A stretch of 64,000 nt of DNA from Hemiscyllium ocellatum (Eukaryota), in contig NC_083407.1 of the NCBI RefSeq assembly GCF_020745735.1, positions 29,751,857 through 29,815,856 on the forward strand, given 5' to 3'. A model generated the notes under the pieces. It searched no databases, was not told where the DNA came from, and worked only from the letters and a program-made list of their open reading frames with translations. Made by a program: the position numbers and the translations under genes. This document shows positions 38,395-52,784 of this stretch, piece by piece; position 1 is the first letter of the stretch, and each line of letters opens with the position of its first letter.

Positions 38395-38850
38395 AGTCCA
38401 TTAGAGTGATAGATTGTTTACAGCATGGGAAAAGGTCTTTTGACTGCACCCATCATTCAACATCTATCGAGTCTGACCTCATTTTCCAGCACTTGACCTG
38501 CCTTGCTATACCTTTTCAATTGCTCATCTAAATTGTTTTTAAATGCCTTGAGATTTCTCATCGCTACTCCTCTTTTAGGCAGTGATCTCCTTCAAATCTC
38601 CCCTCTACCTCTTGCAGATTTCCTTAAAACTCTGCTCCTGATCATTGACCCCACTACCAATGGGAAAGTTTCTCCCTATTTACCCTGTTTATATCCCTCA
38701 TTATCTTGGTGTGTCTCAGTTGGGTTACCCTTCAGCCTTTTCTGCTTCAGGGAAGGCACCCCAGCCTGTGTAGTCTCCTTCATAGCTGATTCAGTCCAAC
38801 CATGACAACATATTGGTGAATGTCCTTTGTACCATCTTTAATTCTATTTC
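38395..38850 (-). mobile_element. Old CR1 3' fragment
   Basis: Degenerate match to the other CR1 3' ends. Confidence 0.6.
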
Positions 38851-39789
38851 ATTGGGATAGGACTAAAGTAAGTATGAAAGCATGTCAGACAAAGTAAATC
38901 ATTGTAAACTCATTCCACAACTTGCTTCATGCCTTATCCAAATGGAGATATGCACTGCATTCAACCATGACAGAAGGAGCCATTCAGAAGTTAACTGACC
39001 TTTCAAAGACTTCAAATTTTTTACAGATGTCTGTGTAGGCATGAGGAAATTAAACCTACCTTTTGGAGTATAGAATGGTGCTTTAAACTTTGGATATGAG
39101 TTACAGAGAGCTTCAACACCCGAGAAGTCGTGAATGGTGCTCAAAGATATGTAATCATCTGCACATTCATATTTCAGATCTTATGATGGAGTTAAGGTCA
39201 TTTATGAAGTAACTCAAGATGGTTAGACCTAACCCTACTATAGCCCAAAGCCTACTGGTTGGTTGCAACTATTATTCTTTTATCTTCTTACCTGTCATAC
39301 TTCAATTAAAATGCAATTAACTAGATCAAAACTAAAGGAGTTAAATGATAATGTATTCTTGTGTGGATGAAAGATTAATTTTCTTACCTACTTACCCCCC
39401 AAAATCACAAAAACATTACATTAAACAGGAGTAAAGAACTAAAAAGGAAAGTGGGCACTTTGCCTAAGTAGAAAGGAAGCTAAAGGCAATGGTAGTTTAA
39501 ATTTTTGAGAGTACTATTTGAATTTAAACATGAGGCCAAATTCTTGTCAAATTCTTGACTTGTACTCTGCAGCAGTATTCACCTGCCCTCTTTAATTGGA
39601 GGGTTGTTTCAAAGGCTGGATGCGCTTGAGTGCTACCAAGGGGATCTCACAAATCTTGAGGTTCAGAACCCAGAAAAGATCACTTAAAAACCGCGGTGGT
39701 GAGATTGTATTGAATAATTGCAGTGAATACAGTGGAGTTAACAATATAGCAATAAGAAAAAGATTGGGTGAAGACCAAGATACCTCAGA

Positions 39790-40428
39790 CAGGTGAAAGT
39801 AGAGTAGTAGGTAGATAGGATAGTGAAGAAGGCATTTGGTTTATCAGAGTATTGAGTACAGAAATCATGTTGTGGCTGTACAGGATGTTGTTTAGACCAC
39901 TTTTGGAATACTGCAATTCTGATCTCCTTCCTATCGGAAGGATGTTGTGAAACTTGAAAGACTTCAGAAAAACATTTACAAGGACATTGCCACGGTTGGA
40001 GGATTTGAACTATAGGGAGAGGCTGAATAGGCTGGGGCTGTTTTATCTGGAGCATTGAATGCTGAGGCATGACCTTATAGAGGTTTATAAAATCATGAGG
40101 GGCATGGATAGGATAAATAGACAATGGAGTGGGGGAGTCCAGAACTAGAGGGCATAGGTTTAGGATGAGAGGGGAAAGATATAAAAGGGACCTGGGGGCA
40201 ATCTTTTCACATGTATGGAATGAACAGCCAGAGTAAGTGGTGGAAGCTGGTACAATTGCAACATTTAAAAGGCATTTGGATGAATATATGAATAAGAAGG
40301 GCTTAGATGGATATGGGCCAAGTGCTAGCAAATGGGACTAGATTGGGTTGGGATATCTGGTTGGCATGGACTGGTTGGACCAATGGATCTGTCTCCATGC
40401 TGTACAGCTCTATGACTCTATGACTCTA
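39790..40428 (+). mobile_element. CR1 3' fragment
   Basis: Reverse-complement match to 24445-25060; ctctatgactctatgactctat tail. Confidence 0.88.
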
Positions 40429-43369
40429 TTTGAAATTCAGCCTTCAAATAGATTTGATGATCTTTTCTTGCAATGCATCTTAACTTTACAATGAGAAGTA
40501 TGCAATTTTCAGCAGAGAGCTTTCAGGGAGATGGGATGTGATTCAGCAGATGAGACAATCGGAATGCACCTGCAGTATGTCTGCTGAGTCAGTTGTTAAT
40601 GAGCCACTACAAGGCTCTCAGCTATTTAAAACTTACATTTCCTTGAATCCAGCTGTGACTAAAGAAACTGTTTTGAATTGGAAACAGATAGCATTCAAGG
40701 GAAAGCAAGATTAAGTGATGATGTTCTGCAGACTCTTATTGCTGGAGTGAAGGAGAAGCAAATTAGCTTCGATGGGAGAAGACTGCATAATCAACAAAAG
40801 AGTGCACCAGGTGTAGAAGAACATTACAGAGATGTCAACATCATTTATACATAGACCTGAACTATGAGTTCAAATCCCCAACTACGGCTGGGAAATTACA
40901 ATTTGCTTATTTTTTTTAACAAGCAAAATCTAGATTTAAATAATTATCGGTCACAGCGACCATGTATTTCTGGATTGTCATACAAAACCCATCTGGCTCA
41001 AGACTGTCCTTTTGTGAAGGTTATTTGTCACCCTTACCCAACCTGCTCTAAGTGTGACTCCAGACCGACAGCAACATGACTCATAATGATTCTCTGCAAG
41101 CTCCTGTGTAAAACTGTCCTAAAATAAAACTGTTCAGTGGACTGCCAAAGGCACATCCATTCTGCAAAAACTAATATCTAGGAATTTATGGCAAAATTGA
41201 GAGAGCTATCCAAAAATCTGCTATAGTCGTACCTGTCAAACATTTACCTTTCAGCCAATGTCTCAGAATACTTTATTCCTGTCCCCTACTCCACCAGAGA
41301 TGGTGGCATGGAGAAATACAGTTAGGAAAATGTGGTCCAGAGAATCCTCAAAGTTGATTCTGAATCTATGAAGCCTGACTGTGACTTGATGACTGAAGTT
41401 CTGCTTGGCACAAAACAAATTGGAGGCTAATTACTGACTACCAGGAGCTTGCTAATATAGAAACTCCTCAGAATACTGGACAGAATTCTGCTTAGGGTCG
41501 GAACAATGTGGGCTATGATAATATGTGGCAGAATTGAATGTGGGATAAAGCAAGGCTAACTCAGCGTCAAATAATCTTGCACCACCTTTTACATTTAATT
41601 GATGGGGATTAATGCTTGTCAAGTTCAAGACCTTGCACAAACAAATAAAGAATGCACATTCTACATTTTTTTGTGCTTGAGAAGTGAAAAAGAGTTTCTG
41701 GAATTTTTTGGAGGAGCCTGATTTGGATATAAGGTTTGGGGCTTGTTGACTGCTTCAGAAAAGCATGATGTATACAGGAAAACTGGAAACTCAGGTGGAT
41801 TTAAGCAGACAGGGACTGCTTGTGTTAAATTATCCACTTTGCATTCCACTGAGAAGGCAATGTGATTTTCCTTTGAACCAGTGCTTCCATGATAACATTA
41901 GGTCCAGGATATTAATCGAGCAACAGCAAGGAATTAGATCACTCATCTCAGTGGCATCACTTGACTTGAGATGGAACCTCTTCAGTTACAGTCCTTGTGG
42001 GAGGGCCAGGTGCTATAACTGGCATTCACAGTGCAGTTAGGTACAGTTGACCAGACTGTTTTATTTCCAATGTTATCAAAACTTCAATAGCCTTTCTGTC
42101 TGCCCTGTCCTGCTCTGGTCTGTTCTTCTTTCTGGCAAACTATATAAGTACAACACCACGTTCATTTCATGCGTACTTTTTCTTTAAAATGAAAAGATTA
42201 AGCCTTCCTTTTGAAAGACTTCTCCTCACAATAGTTTATGAAAGCACATTTCGAAATTGTAGTGAAGTCAATGCCTGCAATTTTGCAAGCGGTAACTTGT
42301 ACAATCTGTGCTGTCATTTTCTTTTTGCTGACAAAATTAAGTTGAATGCTTCAATCTGAATTTTAAACAATGCAAGCAAATTTTTCAGAAGAATTTTGCA
42401 TCCACCCTTACCCACTGGGTGCTAATATCAGGAAATCATAATCAAACATTCAGCATTATCCACCCATTGATGATTAGAATTGTTCTCCACATTTTCCAGT
42501 TGGCAAGACTTTGTGTCAGATTTGAGCATTCTTCAAATTGATCTACTGCCTAAAAATTCAAAACAGTCATTGACTCATCATAAACCAATGTAGAGAAATA
42601 AATCTCCTCAGCATCGTAAAATCCTATGTCATGCTGTAGTTAACAATCTGCACTGTCCTTTGTTTGGAAGAAGTATTTATGTCAGCCATTCATGCAATTC
42701 TTTTGGACTCATCTCACTGTACAAAGGGAAAACTGGTAGGAAGCAGACAAGCTGTACTTACCTTTTCATTAGATTTCCAGAGGATCTCTCCAATGCATGA
42801 TTCCATGAACTTTGTGATCTATTACTACTTGTGTCTCTGCTAATGTTGCTTTGATCATAATTGATTGATAGCCCTGCATTCAAAGGAATTATAAAACACG
42901 AGAATTATTTGGTGTTCAGATGTTCTGACAGAACTGCTGAGATCTGTTGAGTGCAGAGAAATCTGTGAACTGGTATGTTCCTTATGCAACATCTGAACTT
43001 GAAGATGTACTTTGAGACCGCTTTCAGCATAAGGTGCAAGATGAAGCTTGTCATTTTCAACCTAAGAAACTGTTCCATTCAAAAATATTACATTTTATGA
43101 AAAGGGCAATGTTTTGCTGGACTTTTTTAACAAGCTTTATTTTGAAAAAAGCCTAAAGCTTAAACATGACAAACACAATTGTGGCAATTTTTTTTTCAAT
43201 ATTTGTTAAAATAAATTATGATGCTGAACTTTATTTATTTTATCCATTTATTTCTGTAATTTGCTTAACTGCAAGTGAATATCATTAATAATGTATCAAT
43301 TGATTTTTGAGTTCTCCGTTTTCAGATTCAACATGAAAGGCAGAGAACTGATAGCCAAATTCAATGGTA

Positions 43370-43488
43370 GGGCTTTTGCCCGAAACGTCGATTTCGCTTC
43401 TCTTTGGATGCTGCCTGAACTGCTGTGCTCCTCCAGCACCACTGATCCAGAATCTGGTTTCCAGCATCTGCAGTCATTGTTTTTACCT
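43370..43488 (+). mobile_element. PLE family B 119-bp terminal insertion starting at hammerhead stem II
   Basis: Begins gggcttttgcccgaaacgtc; perfect 12-bp TSD aattcaatggta at 43358-43369 and 43489-43500. Confidence 0.9.
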
Positions 43489-43732
43489 AATTCAATGGTA
43501 CAGTCCAATCAAGAGAAACAGAGAATTTTGAGTAATGTGAAAGAGTACAAATCACACACAAATATTTCAGAGTGTCTCTCCAAGATCCAAGTTACATTCA
43601 GAATTGTGTTCTTTTATAAGAATATTGTTCATGTGGCAGCGTAAAGGAAGTCAATTTTGTGATTGCACCATAAAGGAAACTTGTGTTTCATGAGCCAATC
43701 AATAAAAGAATATCACATTGTTCTGTTTTATC

Positions 43733-44600
43733 CATTTACAGGATGTGGTCATTGCTAGTGAGGCTGGCACATATAGTGCTGAGGGCACTTAAGAGTCAGC
43801 CATAGTCCTGTGGGTCTGGAGTCATATAGGCCAGACCAGGTAATGGCAGCATTTTCCTTCCCTCAAGGACATTAGTAAACCAGATTGGTTTTTCCTGGCA
43901 ATCAACAATAGCTTCATAGTTATCATGATTTGGAGATGCTGGTGTTGGACTGGGGTGTACAAAGTTAAAAATCACACAACACCAGGTAATAGTAACAGGT
44001 TTAATTGGAAGCACACTAGCTTTCGGAGCAACACTCCTTCATCAGGTGATTGTGGAGGGCTCGATCGTAACACAGAATTTACAGCAAAAATTTGCAGTGT
44101 GATGTAACTGAAATTATACATTGAAAAATTGATTGTCTGTTAAGCCTTTTATCTGTTAGAATACAGTGATAGTTTCACTTCTTTCATGTATAAATTTACA
44201 CATTTACACATGATTTACACATGAAAGAAGTGAAACTATCACTGTATTCTAACAGATGAAAGGCTTAACAAACAATCAATTTTTCAATGTATAATTTCAG
44301 TTACATCACACTTCAAATTTATGCTATAAATTCTGTGTTACGATCAAGCCCTCTACAATCACCTGATGAAGGAGCGTCGCTCTGAAAGCTAGTGTGCTTC
44401 CAATTAAACCTGTTGGACTATAACCTGGTGTTGTGTGATTTTTAACTTTATAATTATCATTAGACCCTTAGTTCAGGTTTTTCATTAATACAAATCCTAC
44501 CATCTGTTTGGCACAATTTGGATTTGGGTCCCTAGAACTTTACCTGGGTTTTGGAATTAATCGTCTAGCAATCACGTCAGAAGGCCATCATTTCTCCTCA
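43733..44600 (-). mobile_element. tRNA-derived SINE family 2 split by the PLE hairpin at 43927-44449
   Basis: Both flanks are collinear with the reverse complement of 44671-44996. Confidence 0.75.
43927..44449. mobile_element. PLE family A long hairpin (~235-bp arms) with hammerhead motifs on both strands
   Basis: 43961-44195 is the inverted complement of ~44216-44449; TSD ata(g/a)ttatcat at 43916-43926 and 44450-44460. Confidence 0.92.
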
Positions 44601-44670
44601 AACTGCACCTTATTCTGAAGGGGAAGTGAATGAATTATGTCAGCAAGAAGCCATAAAGAAGGACATTAAG

Positions 44671-44996
44671 GGGAGTTGATGGCTGAGTGGTATTATCACT
44701 GGAGTGTTAATCCACAAACCCAGATTATGTTCTGGGGACCTGGGTTTGAATCCTGCCACAGCAGATAATGGAATTTGAATTCTATTTTAAAGGAAACTGG
44801 AATTAAGAGATTAATTAATCAATTTTTGGAAAATCCAGTTGGATTCAATAATGTTCTTTAGGGAGGAAAACTGCTGGCCAGCATGTGACTCCAGGCCCAG
44901 TATGGTTGACTCTTAACTGCCTTCTGGGCAATTAGGGATGGGCAATAAATGCTGCCCAGCCGGTGATGTCCTCATCCTGTGAATAAGTAAAAACAA
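44671..44996 (+). mobile_element. tRNA-derived SINE family 2
   Basis: A box TGGCTGAGTGG, B-box-like GGTTTGAATCC, 3' gggcaattagggatgggcaataaatgctg; several copies in the window. Confidence 0.8.
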
Positions 44997-45744
44997 AGTT
45001 TGGTGCTGTCTTGAAATGCAATGGAGAACATTTATAACAAAGATGCCACAAAAGTTAGTGGACTATGCAAGATGACCAGCATCTAAGCAGCATCAGTTCA
45101 GGTCCTGGGTGCAATAGCAAAAGATGATTGATGATCTCTTGGGGAGCAGCAAAGGACTGTAAATCATTATACATATTTGAAACAATTTATGAGCAACTAC
45201 CTAATATTTTCAATCTCTTAATGTAAAGGCAAAGTTAAATTATTACTTCTAAAAAGTTTGCTTTTATGCTGTGGACAACACAATTAAGACTGTATTTATT
45301 GCTTGTCCCAGTTACCCTCAAAAGGTTGTTTTAAGATGGAAGGCCACATTTCAATCTTTTTCAGAGGCAAGGATGGGAGATGTTGGTTGTGTAATTTTCA
45401 GAAAGATAGATACTGACTTGTTAGCACATACTTCAGAAGCAAAAGCATTTAAATGGATAATTAATTCATGTTATATTTAGAACAGTCATACAAAACTCAA
45501 AACATTAGTTCTGTTTCTCTTTCCACAGATGCTGCCAGACCTCATGAGTTTTTCAATGCATTGTCTGTGTTTGGTAATCGATGAATATGTCCTGCCAAGT
45601 AGCCAAGCTAACTGATGAAACCTTTTTTTTGATTTTTGGTTAAGAAGCAGAGGGTAAAAGAGACAAAGACTGGGTCCCAAGTCCTGATTGCCGGAGAAGG
45701 GCTTGGAACCAGACTGAGCAATATTGTCAGATTTAACCCCTCCA

Positions 45745-45960
45745 GTCACTCACTCATCCACTCACATGACCATTTTCCCAGTCAATCAACTCCCCAATTA
45801 CTTACTTAATCCACCAACTTGTCGTCCAGTTACTCACTCACTCACTCACTCACTCATTCATTCAACCATTTTCCGAGCCACTCACCCATTCAACCTGCAA
45901 CTCCCTCCCTTCCCCCACCACCTTTGTAGTCAATCACCCATATGCCAGCCATTTCACTGA
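45745..45960. repeat. (TCAC)n-rich degenerate microsatellite
   Basis: actcactcactcactcactcactcattcattca. Confidence 0.8.
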
Positions 45961-46430
45961 TCCTCATTTATTCCTTAGGATGTTTGCTGGTTGAAATTGC
46001 CATGTAGCCACAGCTGTCAATGTAATATGTCCCTGCAATCTTTAAACAGCCAATTGGAGGGTCTTGACCAAATAGCCAATCAGAGGCACAGTACGGTTAA
46101 CCATTCAGAGCTACAAAAAGCTATTCAACACTAACCATAGTTTGGGAAGAAAAGGTAGCTGAAAGGGCCTATGAATCTCACTCTATGCTCTCCCCATCAA
46201 CAGTCCAACTCTCACTTCACTCACTTTCTCACTTGCCCAAATCTCTCCCTATTCCTCCCAAATCTGACACAACTGGCCAAGACAGCCAGACTCACATTTC
46301 ACTCCTCACCCTGTTTCCTGTGACTTTTCTGCTCTCATTCTCACTGGAAATCTAGCAAGCCATCCAACTTCTTATCTCCCTGCCCCCTCTCCAACAAGCA
46401 ACCACTCAGTAATCATTCCTTCCACCACCA

Positions 46431-46802
46431 CGTACTGAAATAACTGCACAGAGGCTGGTATCATGTCACCAAGTCACCCTTTATTTAAATGTGCACAGTA
46501 CACTAACTGTGGCCTGCCAGCTCAAGTTCAATCGTTGAAGTGAGAAGATTCTGAATCCCCTGTTTATTTTTTTCTCTCCCTTTATTTACACCTGCATAGT
46601 ACATGACACTGTTCCAACTCCCTCAGAGCCAGCTCTCAGAGCGAGCAGAACTTCCGAGACTCCTGTTTGATTTTTCTTACCCCCACACTACTGCAAATCC
46701 CCTGCTTATATTTGTCAGCCAGGGCTCTCTGATTGGCCCAGATTAACAACCCCAATCAAGGATTTCATAGTCAATAAGATCTACCTGCTTCCAACCACTA
46801 TA
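46431..46802 (-). mobile_element. Possible solo LTR with internal partial duplication
   Basis: ccctttattta...agtaca occurs twice; AATAAA and TATAA on the minus strand; termini degenerate. Confidence 0.35.
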
Positions 46803-49556
46803 GCTAGCCAAATGCCTCACTGATCATTCCCATCCCCTCCCCCACCTCCTACCTGTCTGTCATTCCCTCTGCAGGACCTATTTGATTATTACTCCGACTG
46901 CTGGACCTCGGCACTATCACGGCTTCACCTCTCTGCACCTCAAAACACACCATCCCTGACTCTCTCACCTCAACCCTGTTGCCTTCTCACCCACTTGCTC
47001 CTCTTACCCCACCACTCCCAACTTCCAGCCTTCCACTCCCAACACTCATCCCTAAACCCTTCAAGCCTCTTAATCCCACTCACCCCCAACTACCTCCACA
47101 TGCCCTCCCCACCAACACCACTATGGTCAGCACATTCCTACCCCTCAGTCTGCCAGAGTTTTACCCCATTCCATGAACCCCACTCTTTACCTGTTCTCCT
47201 GATATTTGTTGACCTCCTCCTCAAATCAGAGTTTCCTTATAAACCTCGGGTCCCAGGCCTTAGACTGAGAGAAACCATTCCTAAAGCCTGGCTTAATGTT
47301 CCTTCAATCACAAAGTATTTCTATCCTACGCTTAATGCTGATAGGTACATGATATTGAGTTTTTCTGCAGCAAATATGAGAGGAAAATGTCCATCTGAGT
47401 GGGGAAAGCAGCTTCTTGCATAATCTTCCAGTTGCTTTCACCTGTGTTTTGAACAATGTATTAGGGGATCAGCTAGGACCTTTCAGTAGAGTGGGGAGTA
47501 CGCATAGGAAACAATGAGTCAACCGTTGTGCTCTCTGCTTTATGAAAAACAATTTCCATGTCTTTGAGATTTGAGATTTTTGTCATGGGTTGAATAATGG
47601 ACTGTGGCTGGAAGCAGAGAACGTATTCCTGAAACATCTTCATTGCAGAGGAAAGCAAAAGTGAGAAGGATGGAATTAATGAATTGCTCTCAATGACAGG
47701 ACTATGAGGAAGAATCTAATTTAAGATGCCTTCTAAATCTTTAGGTATAAAATACTGACTGTCCTCGAAACTCAGATCATTATCTTCCTCATCTTCCTCC
47801 CCTCTCCCACCTGCCCTGCTCACTCTTCTCTTTGCTCCCCATGGAGAATGCCCCTTTTAATGGCTAGATTGTAAAGTATGCCGTAGGCCTCACTGATCTT
47901 TGTAGTTTCCCCAGATTACATTGCACCTCTTCAATGATCCAACCTTCAGAATATCAATCATATTCTCAGTCATCACACTGTTGGAAGCTTAAGCTTCAAT
48001 ATTAATCCATCATAATTGTTCTTTTAATCATTAGCTGGGAAGTAAAGCAGCTTAAAATGCCATCTCCAAAAGCAGGAGGTATTTTGATAAAGCAGATAGA
48101 AAGAATTTGTTTCAATTTACAGACGGTTTGGTAAACAAAGGACTTCAATTTAAACAGTTGGATGAAAAGCTTAGGTGGAGCTGATGGTTCGTGGTATGGG
48201 TGTGGGCAGGAAAAAGAGAGAACGCTTCGTTTAGCAAATTGTAATTATTAGGAATGCATTATGCTGGGCAGTGGAAACATACTCGAAAGTAACCTCAATT
48301 CTACTTTAAAAGAAAAAAAATGTCCAGGGCTATGGGGAAAGGGCAGGGAATTTGGAATAATTGGTAGCACTTTCAGGGAGCTGGCATGGAAACAATAGCC
48401 TCCTTCATTCCTGTAGGATTCTATGATTCATACAGGAATGACTGATGCCTCTGAATTCTCAAAGATATCTATGGCAAAATTGGTAAATTGATGCAACTGC
48501 TAGAATCAATGTTTCAAACGGCAGGGTGGGAACAGTGGCTTAAGGAGTTTTAACAAATTCTACCAAGTCTTTTTAAAATATTACTCATGGAATTTACAGT
48601 AATATGCAAAAAGAGCTGGAAGGGCAGGCAGCAATTTTGTGAGTTGTGCAGGGGGCCATGCAATTTCTGTGTTAACTTGAATTTATGAAATTACTAAACA
48701 TCACTGCTCAATCTTTGAGTGTGATTACTCCAATACAAGGAGCAATTGTGACCCTTTAATATTCAAAACCTTATGGTGAAAGCAGATCTATAAATTTAGA
48801 TTTTTCTCCTATTTCAGTCTGACAATTCACATGAAATACATAAAACATTTAGGGAACGCACCTTCAATGATGCCTGGAGGCCATGTTGTATAGTTATTAG
48901 ACTTTTGAATTGCAATTTTGACTGGTGAAATGCAATCTGACCATTTCCATGATTGCCCAGTTGTGCTGACACTATCTGGAAGGTTATTATCATCAGTGAA
49001 TTGAATCAAAGAAGAAGAAAACAAAAAAGATTAGCACCCTTTGACATCCCAAAGACTGGTGCTTTGTAAGGTGCTTCACTGATTGATTCAGGCTACTTAT
49101 ACAATGTCACTAGATATTGATGTTTACATCAATGTAATTGAAGATTAGACATTTCACTATTATACTGCTCTTGCAAGAATGCAGACAGTTAAATGCAATT
49201 TTACTGTTCAATTGTCTTTCATTTGAATAATTTATTTGAATACTCCACAACATACTCCTAACCAGCTCACTCAATGCTTTGAAGACAATATACTTTAATA
49301 ATTTGTGACAGGACTTGCCTATATTTTAAGTTTCATTCATTCCATGGTTCAGGGAAAAAAAAACTGAAGTGTGAGGTCCTTATTCGTCAGCAGTTTATTA
49401 ATGATGTTTAATTATGACAGGATCACAAACAAACCTGACTGCCATGAAGTCACGGGTTTGAAAATTACAGCCAATTCAATGGCAGGTTACAGGGGAAAAT
49501 GTCACTAATCACACAGGTTGAGGCTTACAGGTTTAAGCTCTGCCTATACTGAGTTA

Positions 49557-49692
49557 TGATTTGGAGATGCTGGTGTTGGACTGAGGTGTACAAAGTTAAA
49601 AATCACACAACACCAGGTTATAGTCCAACAGGTTTAACAGATGGAAGCTAGTGTCCTTCCAATTAAACCTCGTGTTGTGTGATTTTTAACTT
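49557..49692. mobile_element. PLE family A short hairpin, ribozyme core largely lost
   Basis: Inverted aaagttaaaaatcacacaacac arms; perfect 12-bp TSD tatactgagtta at 49545-49556 and 49693-49704. Confidence 0.88.
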
Positions 49693-51094
49693 TATACTGA
49701 GTTAGTTTACGTTCGCTGGTGTAACAGTAAGGTGTTATAATTAACATTTTTAGTCGTTTAGGAAGGGGAAGGTTACTTCAGTTGACAGCTTCTAAAAGTC
49801 TCTACATGTGGATGTCATGTGAGAACAGCATTGAGTTACATTAACACTCACTGTGTTAGATCTCGAATTTATGTTAGTATGAAATGGGTAATAGCAAGAT
49901 AGTGGCCCATTTGATATCTCTCACAAGATTTCCTTTAAGGTTTCTGGGTTACCAATTTTCTATCCACCCTATTATACAAGCAAAAAGGCAAGATCCATCC
50001 CATTGAATAACAGATCAAATGACAGAGATTGCCTCAGGAAGGAGTCGATGAGAAAAGAAAGAAAAATTTGCATGATAAAAAAAATCCACACCAGTCTACT
50101 TCAGATGTTATATATGCAATTTTCTGCAATGTGATAGAGATAAAATATTAACTTTCTAACTGTAAAATCCATCTGCTGAATGTCATAATATCTCAACCTT
50201 TGGATTTCAGCTTTCTAATATTGATTGCTCCTGAGTGTAATCTTTCGAGTAACTTTTGTCACTATCACCCTGAACAACAGTCAATATCAGTATATTGTCT
50301 TTGACAGACATCATTGTTTGCATATTACAACATTATTAATGTGTTTGCCCACAAGACAGCGAAAGTAGCAATTTAAATTGTATAGGTTCAATGTTTCATC
50401 ATTTGCCAGTAAGATTTTTGTATGCTTCACAAACTTTAAAAATGTATTTATAGCAACAACAGGAGTCATGAAATCAATAATGAAAATGCTCTCGGCCTGG
50501 TCTGAAGTCAGGCATAGTTGACATGAAACATAGAAAGGTAAATGACTGGAATTTTAATTGCTATGATCTGTCATCCATTACATAGTAATGTCAACATATT
50601 CACCAACTCAACTGACACAGAACAAAAGCCATGGGTTTTTTCAAAAATCATTGTTCGTATACTCTGAATTAGTTTTATATTTCACTGGGTAAATGCACTT
50701 AGGGTGTTGTGGGTGCTTCTTTTAAAGGTTCCATTATGTCTCCAACAACTTGGGCAGAAATCATCCTTTCTCACAGAAACAACTGAACGATCCAACAGAG
50801 ACTGTTTCATCTCTATTGCTCTGATGTGCATTATCCATCCAAATTCTGAGTTATTGAACTACATTTGTGTTCCAATTCAGTCAATTCTAAGGCAACACTT
50901 CTTAGGTTTTGGTTACCAGGCAAAATCTGACTGTCATGTTTGACTTCAGGGGCAAATGCAGTTCTCTAGAGTATAGCGTAAATTGGTCACTGTCACTAAG
51001 CGACCAGGTGTGAATCTACTCTTGTTGTTTAATTTATGCTTTAATGGTAATTGCATGACAATAAAAATGTTTTGAACTTTCAAAAGAAACATGG

Positions 51095-51390
51095 ATAGGT
51101 GATATTATCTCTAAACTATTAGTCCACAGATCCAAGTAATAGTCTGGGACCTAGGTTCAAAACCTATCATAGCAGATGGTGTAATTTGAATTCAATAGAA
51201 TTCTGGAGTTAAATACTTAATGATGATCATAAAATTGTTGTCAACTGTGAGGAAAATCCATCTGGTTCGCTAATGTCCTTTAGGGAAGTAAACTGTCATT
51301 CTTACCCTGTTTGGCCAACATGTGACTCCTGGCAATTAGGGTGCACAATAAAAGCTTGCCTAACCAGCAACACCCACATCCTCTGAACAA
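51095..51390 (+). mobile_element. tRNA-derived SINE family 2
   Basis: Collinear with 44671-44996. Confidence 0.7.
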
Positions 51391-51877
51391 ATTTCTAAGA
51401 AATGTATATCAGGTTAGATTACAGACATTTTCAAGCATTGGATTAGTTGCAATGTACCATGAACTAACTACAGTGTCCTCAAGTAACTAGTTCTCAGACA
51501 TCTATTGATGATATTTTTGCAACAAAAGCTCAACATGATTCACGTTCTGATTGTTCCTGTCTTCCAGTGAAGATTGATGAGCATTCAGTCAGCATATTGT
51601 CTTAATGGTGTGGCTTAGATTAATAATTCAACATATGGAAAACCATTTTAACAGATTAACATCTAACCATCTTTGAAGGATCTCATGTATCTTTAGTTTT
51701 CGTGTGAAAGCAGCGCTATGATGTTTTTAGCATAACATGGAATAATGTCTACACACTCTTAAAATGTTTTCAAATTAGGTTAAAATATTTATTTTGTGGG
51801 ACATAATTCCAAACTTCCAAATTGAACAAAATACAACTTCATTAACAATAACACAAAGATTTGGCAGTTTCATGGCA

Positions 51878-52168
51878 TTAGCTTACTTACAGTGTGGAAA
51901 CAGGCCCTTCGGCCTAACAAGTCCACACGAACCCTACAAAGAACAACCCACCCAGACCCATTCCCTTTTCACCCAACAATTTAGGCAATTTAGCACAGCC
52001 AATTCACCTAACCTGCACATCTTTGGACTGTGGGAGGAAACCAGAGCACCCAGAGGAAACCCAGGTGGAGAATGTGCAAACTCCACACCAACAGTTGCCT
52101 GAGGCAGGAATTGAACCCAGGTCTCTAGCACCGTGAGGCAGCAGTGCTAACTACTGTGCCATCATGCT
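51878..52168 (-). mobile_element. HE1-type (V-SINE) shark SINE
   Basis: A box TGGCACAGTAG, B box GGTTCAATTCC, V-domain-like GGTTTCCTCCCACAGTCCAAAGA, CR1-like 3' end GGCCGAAGGGCCTG. Confidence 0.88.
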
Positions 52169-52784
52169 GACATTGATAACAAGAATATAATTCTATCTTT
52201 TAATGAAATGGGATCTTGTTACTCTACTCCTGTTGAAGTTAATACTTTTGTTTAGAACAGACTACAGACCATACTATGATTGCCATTAGTTCTACATTCA
52301 ACTCAGTCAATAAGTCATAAAGTACACATATCATTTTGACAGGTTTTGATTTTCCCTATCTTGAATGACTATCTTTCAAGGAGTCACATAAAATGTGGTG
52401 TGATGCAGACAAAGTTAACTAGTGATGGCATAACCAAAGCATTTGATTCCGGAAGTTCAAGAGTCTGTTGATTATGCTCCAGAGTTCAGATGTCCAAAGA
52501 ATTTTATTTGAATCCTGTGACAGTGTAATGATGACAAGATTGCAACTGGCTTGAGTGGGAAACCTAAAACGTCCCCTTCAAACTTTGGGCTGATGTCAGT
52601 CAAGTCTGCGAGTTAGCCCTATTACCATTTGCAACCTATGTGGCAGTGGCTATTCACTACATGAAGAAACAACTTCAACATCTAGTCTAAATATTAAATT
52701 CCACCCAGATAGAAAATTGTTTAATCTCAGTCATCTCCACACCAAAACTGAACTGATCAGCATAGATATGCATAATCTATAGTT

